Assembly (NCBI GenBank): GCA_020633125.1 | Contig: JACKEH010000009.1 | Span: 27,680 to 91,679 of the forward strand | From: Sandaracinus sp. | GTDB taxonomy: Bacteria; Myxococcota_A; Polyangia; Polyangiales; Houyiibacteriaceae | Reading direction: 5' to 3' | Length of the DNA stretch: 64,000 nucleotides | Notes under the pieces: generated by a model | What the model was told of the DNA's origin: nothing | Database searches by the model: none | Seen by the model: the letters and a program-made list of their open reading frames with translations, nothing else | Made by a program: the position numbers and the translations under genes | Shown here: in pieces, positions 57,873 to 64,000 of the stretch | Numbering within the stretch: position 1 is the first letter of the stretch | Layout: each line of letters opens with the position of its first letter

Positions 57873-60800
57873 ATGACGGGTTGGCGTCCGCGAGAGCGGG
57901 CGTCGTGGAGTTTTCTCTACGGCGTCCTGTCGTTTGGCTTGTTCGCGTGCGGTGGCGGTGGCTGCGGAGGATGTGGAGACGGTTGCGGCGTCTCTCCGAT
58001 CCCCGGCGGCTTTCCGATCGAGCAACGCGTACCGAACTCGGCGCAGGTGCGCCTGACCGACGAGGGCATCGCGTTCCTCGAGGACAACGCCGACGCGTTG
58101 GTCGGTCTCGCGCTGCCAGACGGGCTCAGCTTCGCCATTCCGCGAACGTCCCAGAGCATCGGAATCGGCGACGTGGTCATCTGTCCGTCGAGCAACTGCT
58201 TCGCGCAGGCGGAGATCGACAGCCTGCAAATCGACCCGACCGCACCGAACGCGATCGTGGCGCGTATCCGAGTCATTCTCGACAGCCGAAACGCGTCCGG
58301 TGACCGCGCGCCAATCCGCGTCGAGGTCCCCAGCCGAGACTGCGATCTCGACATCGACACGCGTGGCGGAAGTCGCGACTACGTGGGGCTCGCAGCGACG
58401 ATTGCCCTCGTCGAAGAAACAGAGGCGGCCCGACGCGGCTACACCAAGGTGGTCGTCCAGTCGGTCGGACTCGCCCCCGGTGAGAGCATCGAGAACGATG
58501 ACCTCGAAATCGATCCCGCGCCGTGTAGCGGAATCGGTTGCTTGGACCCGGCCCTTTTCTGTCGGGCGGCGGACCTCGGCTTCGTGAAAGACCAGGTCAT
58601 CGGTCTCCTCGAGGACCAGGTCGGCGGCATCCTGCAGGACACGATCGACGAGCAACTCTGCACCCGCCAAGGTGAGTACGGCTGCCCCACCGGAACCTTC
58701 GCGGTGCCAGCGGGCGCGGACCCGGAGGCCGTTTGCCGCTATGCGGCGAGCGACAGTGCTGCTTGTGTTCCGACGCTGCTCGGCACCGACGGTCAGGGAG
58801 ATCTGGGCGCGGCGTTTCTTGGCAGTGTCTCGCCCGGCACCCACGCGCCCGGCCAGTTCCTGCTCGCCGCCGGAGGCGATGCCGAGGCGGTGAATGACGG
58901 CCTGAGCGTGTTCATGTACGGCGGCTTCCTGGGCACCAGCCGGGACTTCCGAACGGTCTATCCGCACAACCCGTGCGTGCCGATGATCGAGCCGCCGGAG
59001 ATTCCGACGATTCCCCGCGCCGCCGTCTTCCGAGGCAACTCGGTGGAGGGCCTCGCGACCGATCCGCACGTCGGCATCGGCCTCTCGGAGGACTTCCTCA
59101 ACCATGCGGGCTACGGCGCGTTCGACGCCGGTCTGCTCTGCATCGGCGCGGGCACGAACCTCTCGCAGCAGCTGAGCTCGGGTCTCTTCTCGCTGCTCGT
59201 GCCCTCGCTCAACCGCCTCACCTTCCCGGACGAGTCGGTGCCCCTCGCGGTGATGCTGCGCCCGCAGCGTCCGCCGACCTTCGAAATCGGCACCGGGACG
59301 TCGGACGAGGATCCGCTCCTCACCGTCTTGCTCGACGACCTGCAGGTCGACTTCTACGTCTGGAGCAACGATCGCTACATCCGCTTCATGACGTACCAGG
59401 CGGATCTCTCGCTCGGCATCAACCTCTCGGTGGCCGACGGTGAGATCGTGCCCGAGGTCGTGGGCCTCACGGCGAGCGAGTCGACGGTGACGAACTTCGA
59501 GGACGTCATGGCGGAAGACCCGGAGCGTCTCGCGGGCGTCATTCAGTCGGTCCTCGAGACCTTCGCGGGCATGGCCTTCGGCGACCTCGGCGGCTTCGCG
59601 CTGCCGGACCTGATGGGCATCCAGCTCGACGTCCAGGAGGGCGGCATTCGTCCCGTCGAAGAGGCGGGCTCCGAGTTCCTCGGCATCTTCGCGAACCTCT
59701 CGGTGGCTCCGGCCTCGGCGCTCAGCGCGCCGGTGGACACGCGCATCGCGGTCGGCGCCCTCGAGCTCGACCGGCGGGGCATGACGCTCGAGCATTGGGG
59801 CGAAGGTGCCTTGCCGCGCCTGCACCTCGATCTCTCGGCCGAGGGCCCGGCGGACGCCGAGCTCGAGTACAGCGTGCGCCTCGACGGCATGGCGTGGAGC
59901 GCGTGGACGCGCGATCCGCACGTGGTGATCGAGAACGCCGCGCTTCGCTTCCAGGCGCGTCACGTGGTCGAGGCTCGCGCGCGGGTCGTGGGCGAGCGCG
60001 ACAGCGCGGATCTGACGCCCGACGTCGCGCAGGTGCTCGTCGACATCGTCGCGCCCGAGCTGGAGCTCGTCGCGGAGTCGGAGGGCACGCGCATCGCGGC
60101 GTGGGATCTGCTCGCGGAGCACATGGACTACCGCTGGCGCCTCGTGGGCGACTCGGAGTGGAGCGCGTGGGAGCGCCTGGAGGAGCAGACGATCCTTCCG
60201 GTGCTCGGCGACGTGGAGGTCGAGGTTCGCGACGAGGCGGAGAACGTCGCGTCGGCATCCACCGCGCTCATCCGCGGCGTCGGCAACCCGAACAGCGAAG
60301 GTGGCTGTGGCTCGTGCGCCGTCGACTCGCCGACGGGTGGCGCCAAGGGCACGTTCGTGGCGTTCCTCGCTGCGCTCGGTCTGATGGTGTCGCGTCGGCG
60401 AAAGGCACCGCGTCGCGGGCGCTCCTTTCGCGCGCGCAGCTTCCTCCTCTTCGCGCTCCCGATGATCCTCGCGGTCGCGGGTTGCGACTGCGGTGGCAAG
60501 CCGGATCCGATGCCCATCGACGGCGAGGTGCCGATGATGGACGGCGGTATGGAGGATGCGGGCCCGCTTCGTATGCTCGAGCCCGGCCTGCTCGCGACGC
60601 ACCTCGACATGACGGCGCTGACCGATGGGACCCTGGTCCTCAGCGGCTACAGCCCCGGCGCCCTTCCCTCCACGAAGTATGGCGACCTCGTCGTCGGTTC
60701 GTGGAACGGCAGCGAGGTGAGCTGGGAGATCGTCGACGGCGTGCCGGACGTGGCGCCCACGCGTGACCCCGCGGGTTGGCGCGGCGGCGTGGCCGACCCC

Positions 60801-61829
60801 GGAGACGACGTCGGCCTCTACACCTCGATCGTGAACGACGGCGGCACCCTCGTCGTCGCCTACCACGACCGCACGAACGGCGCGCTCAAGGTCGCGAGCG
60901 GCACGCTCGGTGGCACCTGGACCGTGACCGAGGTCGACGACTCCGGCTACGCCGGCGCCTACGCCTCGCTCGCGCGCACCAGCAGCGGCTGGGCGGTCAG
61001 CTACCTCGCGATCGAAGAGCCCGCGACCCTTCCGGGCCGCCCGGTCTCGCACGTGCGGGTCGCCACGGCGTCCGCGCCGGGTGGGCCGTGGACGGTGGCC
61101 GAGGTGACGAGCGGTGAGATGGCGTGTCGCCCGCAGTTCTGCGGTGGCGCCGATTGCCTCGAGACCGGCGAGTGCACGTCGGACGCCGGCGAAGCCGCCA
61201 CCCTCGCCGACCCGTACGTCGAGGACATGCCGCCCGCGATCGGTCTGCACACCTCGCTCGCGGCGACGTCGGGCGGCATGGCGCTCGTCTACTACTCGCG
61301 CGCGGAGGGCAACCTCTACGGCGTCGCCTTCGAAGGTGGCGCGTGGGGCACGCCCTTCTTGATCGACGGCTACGGCGTGGGCGATCCGGACACGGGGGAC
61401 TGCGGGCTGCACGCGAGCCTCGCGGTCGACTCGGCGGGCGTCTGGCACGTCGCGTACGTCGACGGCGCGGAAGAAGCGCTGAAGTACGCGCGCATCGAGG
61501 GCACCACGATCACCCGCGAGCTCGTCGACGACGGCACGACCGAAGGAAGCACCGACGGTCGTCACGTGGTGGGCGACGACGCGGACATCGCGGTCACGGC
61601 GAGCGGCGAGGTGCGCATCGCGTACCAAGACGCGACGCTGCAGGACGCGCGTTTCGCGCGAAAGGCCGCGGGCGGTGCGTGGGCGGTGACCGTCCTCGAC
61701 GACGCAGACAGCACCGGCTACTTCACGACCCAATACCTCGCCGGAAGCGCCAGCTCCGTCGCGTTCTGGTGGCGCCAGGAAGCGATGGGCGCGCGCGCCA
61801 ACGGGATTCGCGTCGAAACCGTCGAGTGA
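57873..61829 (+). CDS. 1319-aa secreted protein that looks like an in-frame fusion of two genes (a MYXO-CTERM protein and a beta-propeller-like lipoprotein)
   Basis: Lipobox-like MTGWRPRERASWSFLYGVLSFGLFAC at ATG 57873. An internal GGCGSCAVDSPTGGAKGTFVAFLAALGLMVSRRRK (60300-60404) is directly followed by RSFRARSFLLFALPMILAVAGC. The C-terminal ~480 aa have repeated 'G.Y.SLA.....VAY.D' blades. Confidence 0.6.
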   Translation: MTGWRPRERASWSFLYGVLSFGLFACGGGGCGGCGDGCGVSPIPGGFPIEQRVPNSAQVRLTDEGIAFLEDNADALVGLALPDGLSFAIPRTSQSIGIGDVVICPSSNCFAQAEIDSLQIDPTAPNAIVARIRVILDSRNASGDRAPIRVEVPSRDCDLDIDTRGGSRDYVGLAATIALVEETEAARRGYTKVVVQSVGLAPGESIENDDLEIDPAPCSGIGCLDPALFCRAADLGFVKDQVIGLLEDQVGGILQDTIDEQLCTRQGEYGCPTGTFAVPAGADPEAVCRYAASDSAACVPTLLGTDGQGDLGAAFLGSVSPGTHAPGQFLLAAGGDAEAVNDGLSVFMYGGFLGTSRDFRTVYPHNPCVPMIEPPEIPTIPRAAVFRGNSVEGLATDPHVGIGLSEDFLNHAGYGAFDAGLLCIGAGTNLSQQLSSGLFSLLVPSLNRLTFPDESVPLAVMLRPQRPPTFEIGTGTSDEDPLLTVLLDDLQVDFYVWSNDRYIRFMTYQADLSLGINLSVADGEIVPEVVGLTASESTVTNFEDVMAEDPERLAGVIQSVLETFAGMAFGDLGGFALPDLMGIQLDVQEGGIRPVEEAGSEFLGIFANLSVAPASALSAPVDTRIAVGALELDRRGMTLEHWGEGALPRLHLDLSAEGPADAELEYSVRLDGMAWSAWTRDPHVVIENAALRFQARHVVEARARVVGERDSADLTPDVAQVLVDIVAPELELVAESEGTRIAAWDLLAEHMDYRWRLVGDSEWSAWERLEEQTILPVLGDVEVEVRDEAENVASASTALIRGVGNPNSEGGCGSCAVDSPTGGAKGTFVAFLAALGLMVSRRRKAPRRGRSFRARSFLLFALPMILAVAGCDCGGKPDPMPIDGEVPMMDGGMEDAGPLRMLEPGLLATHLDMTALTDGTLVLSGYSPGALPSTKYGDLVVGSWNGSEVSWEIVDGVPDVAPTRDPAGWRGGVADPGDDVGLYTSIVNDGGTLVVAYHDRTNGALKVASGTLGGTWTVTEVDDSGYAGAYASLARTSSGWAVSYLAIEEPATLPGRPVSHVRVATASAPGGPWTVAEVTSGEMACRPQFCGGADCLETGECTSDAGEAATLADPYVEDMPPAIGLHTSLAATSGGMALVYYSRAEGNLYGVAFEGGAWGTPFLIDGYGVGDPDTGDCGLHASLAVDSAGVWHVAYVDGAEEALKYARIEGTTITRELVDDGTTEGSTDGRHVVGDDADIAVTASGEVRIAYQDATLQDARFARKAAGGAWAVTVLDDADSTGYFTTQYLAGSASSVAFWWRQEAMGARANGIRVETVE

Positions 61830-61853
61830 CGTTTCGACCGTGAGACACGGAAG

Positions 61854-61882
61854 AAGCCGCACCTTCGGGTGCGGCTTTTTTC
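61854..61882 (+). terminator. intrinsic terminator
   Basis: AAGCCGCACC-ttcg-GGTGCGGCTT hairpin followed by TTTTCG. Confidence 0.75.
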
Positions 61883-61920
61883 GTCGGCGGATCGGCTTCG
61901 AAGGGCCGCTTCGAACGGCG

Positions 61921-61955
61921 AAGAGCCGCCCCCGTGGAGGTGCGGCTCTTTCGTT
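61921..61955 (+). terminator. second hairpin/terminator in tandem
   Basis: AAGAGCCGC-ccccgtggaggt-GCGGCTCTT hairpin followed by TCGTT. The T-tract is weak. Confidence 0.5.
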
Positions 61956-62040
61956 GGGGGCGTGCTTCCCGCCGAGCGGGTGCCGTCTCTCAGAGCACGA
62001 ATCAGTTGCACTGACTCATGCTCTTCTCTTTTCTCGAGGG

Positions 62041-62157
62041 AGCGGCGCGCTCCCGCTCCCTCCCCCAACCGGCCAAGCCGGATAGGGGCCCCCTCCCACC
62101 ACCGAGCGCCACAACCACTCGCACGGATTCGATCCGTGCAAGTGGTGGGCGCTCTCA
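62041..62157 (-). repeat. copy B (inverted) of the palindrome-bearing ~100-nt element
   Basis: On the minus strand it starts at the stop codon of ORF 62155..62385 (cTGAGAGCGccc..). The palindrome GCACGGATTCGATCCGTGC is at 62121-62139, followed by GTGGGAGgGGGCCCCtATCCGGCTTgGcCGG. It aligns with 26012-26107. Confidence 0.6.
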
Positions 62158-62385
62158 GGCAGCCTTGATGGCGGGGACCTCGTCGACGAACTTCTGACGT
62201 TCGTTGCCGACGAGCGAGAGCAGCTGCTGGCGATCGACGAGACCAGCGTCCAGGAGAGCGCGCATGTAGCCGTCGGCGTAGCCGTGGGCCCGCGCGAGCT
62301 TCGCGTACGCGGCGCCGTCGAAGCGCGCCTTGAGAACGTCACGCAGCAGATCACGGAGCGTATCGAGAAGCTGATCCTGGTTCAT
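62155..62385 (-). CDS. small hypothetical protein (76 aa)
   Basis: GGGAGG lies 8 nt upstream of ATG 62385. MNQDQLLDTLRDLLRDVLKARFDGAAYAKLARAHGYADGYMRALLDAGLV... is helical with normal composition. The rest of ORF 62155..62676 runs into the tRNA. Confidence 0.5.
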   Translation of the reverse strand: MNQDQLLDTLRDLLRDVLKARFDGAAYAKLARAHGYADGYMRALLDAGLVDRQQLLSLVGNERQKFVDEVPAIKAA

Positions 62386-62466
62386 CGCCCTGTCCTCCCG
62401 TGCATCGCGACCGTTCGCCCTGGTCGGCGGCACCACTCCAATTCGCTTGGAGCGGCCTCGGGGGTC

Positions 62467-62512
62467 AAAAAAGCGACGCGGTGCCGGGAGCCTCCCCGCG
62501 GGGTCGCGGCAC
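62467..62512 (-). terminator. possible terminator downstream of tRNA-Leu
   Basis: On the minus strand a GC-rich hairpin (GTGCCGCGACCCCGCGGGG...CCGGCACCGCGTCGC) is followed by TTTTTTG. Confidence 0.4.
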
Positions 62513-62649
62513 TCGGGGCGGATTCGAGCGACGTCCCGCCGCTCCCGACGTGCGCGCAACCGAACGACTCGATGAGCGTGACGTCGCAGACGCGGCGGCT
62601 TCGCTCGAGCTCGGCGAGCGCTTCGTGCGTGGCCCAGTGTCGAACCAGG

Positions 62650-62731
62650 TGCCGAGGGCGGGGCTCGAACCCGCACGTGTCACCACGAGCGATTTTAAGT
62701 CGCCTGCGTCTGCCTATTCCGCCACCCCGGC
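62650..62731 (-). tRNA. tRNA-Leu (anticodon UAA), type II with long variable arm; CCA not encoded
   Basis: Reverse complement: GCCGGGG TG GCG GAATAGGCAGA CGC A GGCGA CTTAAAA TCGCT CGTGGTGACACGTG CGGG.. TTCGAGC ..CCCGC CCTCGGC A. The 7-bp acceptor, D arm with GG, anticodon loop CT-TAA-AA, variable stem CGTG/CACG and T-loop TTCGAGC all fold. Length 82 nt. Confidence 0.93.
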
Positions 62732-62848
62732 GAGGGTCGCCGAAATCTACACGGGGCCCGCGCCGGCGGCCACGCGAGCGTGTGCTTCAGCGCGCTTTCG
62801 AGCCTCGAGAGCAGCGGGCGACAGAGGCCTGCTAAGCTCGCCGCGAAC

Positions 62849-63751
62849 ATGAACCGAGATTCTGCGCCCAACGTGGCGGTCTTTTGTGATTTCGAGAACG
62901 TCGCCCTCGGAGTGCGCGACGCACGCTACGACGAGTTCGACATCTCGCTCGTGCTCGAGCGCATCCTCGACAAAGGCAAGGTCGTGGTGAAGCGCGCCTA
63001 CGCGGATTGGGAGCGCTACAAGAGCGCGAAGCGCCCGATGCACGAGGCGTCGTTCGAGCTGATCGAGATTCCGCACGTCAGCTACAGCGGAAAGAACAGC
63101 GCCGACATTCGCCTCGTCGTCGACGCGCTCGACCTCTGCCACACGAAGGAGCACGTCGACGTCTTCGTGATCGTCAGCGGCGACAGCGACTTCTCGCCTC
63201 TGGTCTCGAAGCTTCGCGAGAACGACAAGACCGTGATCGGTCTGGGCGTGAAGAACTCGTCGAGTGATCTCCTGATCGAGAACTGCGACGAGTTCATCTT
63301 CTACGACGACCTGGTCCGCAACCGTCGAAAGGCGGCCCGAAAGCCGCGCCCGCCGCGACGCAAGCCGGAGGAGCCGAAGAAGCCGGACGCGGAGGCCAAG
63401 AAGCCCGCCGCGCCAGAGAAGAGTGAGAAGCTCGAGCGAGCCCCCGAGAAGACTGCCGAGAAGGCCGACAAGCCGACGGCCCCCGCCGAGTCGAACGGGG
63501 ACCCCGCCGAGGCCCACGCGATCGTCCTCGACGTCGTCGAATCCCTCTTCGAGGATCGCGACGGAAACCTCTGGGGGTCGATGGTGAAACAAGTGCTCAA
63601 GCGGAAGCGCCCGCAGTTCTCCGAGAGCTATTACGGCTACCGCACCTTCAACCAGCTCCTCGAAGAGATGGCGAAGGCGGAGCTTCTCGAGGTCGAGAAG
63701 GAAGACAAGTCGGGCAACTACGTGATCCTCGGGTTCGGCTCGAAGGCGTGA
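62849..63751 (+). CDS. NYN-domain (LabA/DUF88) protein with C-terminal OST-HTH/LOTUS domain
   Basis: VAVFCDFENV, KRAYADW, GKNSADIRLVVDALDL and FVIVSGDSDFSPLVSKLRE mark the NYN nuclease fold. A Lys/Pro-rich linker follows. The C-terminal part is LWGSMVKQVLKRKRPQFSESYYGYRTFNQLLEEM (OST-HTH). Confidence 0.88.
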   Translation: MNRDSAPNVAVFCDFENVALGVRDARYDEFDISLVLERILDKGKVVVKRAYADWERYKSAKRPMHEASFELIEIPHVSYSGKNSADIRLVVDALDLCHTKEHVDVFVIVSGDSDFSPLVSKLRENDKTVIGLGVKNSSSDLLIENCDEFIFYDDLVRNRRKAARKPRPPRRKPEEPKKPDAEAKKPAAPEKSEKLERAPEKTAEKADKPTAPAESNGDPAEAHAIVLDVVESLFEDRDGNLWGSMVKQVLKRKRPQFSESYYGYRTFNQLLEEMAKAELLEVEKEDKSGNYVILGFGSKA

Positions 63752-63758
63752 GGTGACG

Positions 63759-64000
63759 ATGCGAAATCGGTGGAGGCACGCGGCGGTCGCGTGTGTGTTG
63801 TTCGGTGGCTGCGGCGGGGACTCGGAGGCCGAAGACGTCGCGATCACCGTGCTGGTGACCGAGGTGACGAGTGACGAGCCCGACCCGGACACGGAGGTCT
63901 GCGTCGTCGCCCCAACGGGCTACGGCTGCGGGACGACGGGAGCCGACGGCCGCGTCACGCTGAACGTCCCTGCGTCGTCGGACGTGGTCTTTCGCTCCAC
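63759..64000 (+). CDS. hypothetical lipoprotein, 3' end beyond the window
   Basis: ATG 63759 gives MRNRWRHAAVACVLFGGCGGDSEAEDV... (lipobox FGGC). The frame is open to the window end. Confidence 0.45.
   Translation, partial: MRNRWRHAAVACVLFGGCGGDSEAEDVAITVLVTEVTSDEPDPDTEVCVVAPTGYGCGTTGADGRVTLNVPASSDVVFRS

Noticed and set aside
62650-62731. tRNA-Leu as the boundary of an integrated genomic island.
   Set aside because: There is no integrase, no phage or transposon genes, and no visible direct repeat of the tRNA 3' half in the window. The flanking genes look ordinary.

Overview
High-GC (~70%) chromosomal segment, almost certainly from a myxobacterium. Evidence: MYXO-CTERM-like sorting tails, many lipoproteins, a Hanks-type kinase, and long Arg/Ala/Gly-rich shadow ORFs opposite every real gene. 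All family calls were made by eye from motifs, and start codons are approximate.

Gene content is mostly core:
- An envelope-biogenesis block: prfB (+1 frameshift), lysS, lolC/E, lolD, bamA, skp, a tolC-like gene and an mlaC-like gene.
- proB, and a large alpha-2-macroglobulin lipoprotein.
- A fadN-like dehydrogenase/hydratase plus a thiolase.
- mlaE-mlaF, mtnP, a PfkB kinase, tRNA-Leu(UAA) and a NYN/OST-HTH protein.
- I saw no transposase, integrase, CRISPR array or phage genes.

Main candidate for an undescribed system (16186-26014): a degenerate ABC-ATPase-like gene followed by three translationally coupled, paralogous ClpA/C-like double-AAA+ genes.
- Each has an unassigned N-terminal module, a decayed D1 ring and an intact D2 ring.
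- All three lack the D2 GYVG pore-loop tyrosine.
- Two of them carry a C-terminal domain that looks like the class-I release-factor decoding superdomain without GGQ.

Other notable points:
- An eight-gene minus-strand operon (39979-48610) links an orphan FliH/SctL-like protein, an M50 protease, two histidine kinases (one degenerate) and an AI-2E permease.
- A 1319-aa ORF has an internal MYXO-CTERM-like tail followed directly by a lipoprotein signal peptide.
- A ~100-nt palindrome-bearing element is present twice, each time starting at a stop codon.
- Three tandem GGTGGGA/TCCCACC palindromes lie in a divergent promoter region.
- A (GGGCAC)8 G-quadruplex-type microsatellite lies upstream of a DUF507-like gene.
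- The RF2 decoding loop reads SRF where SPF is expected.
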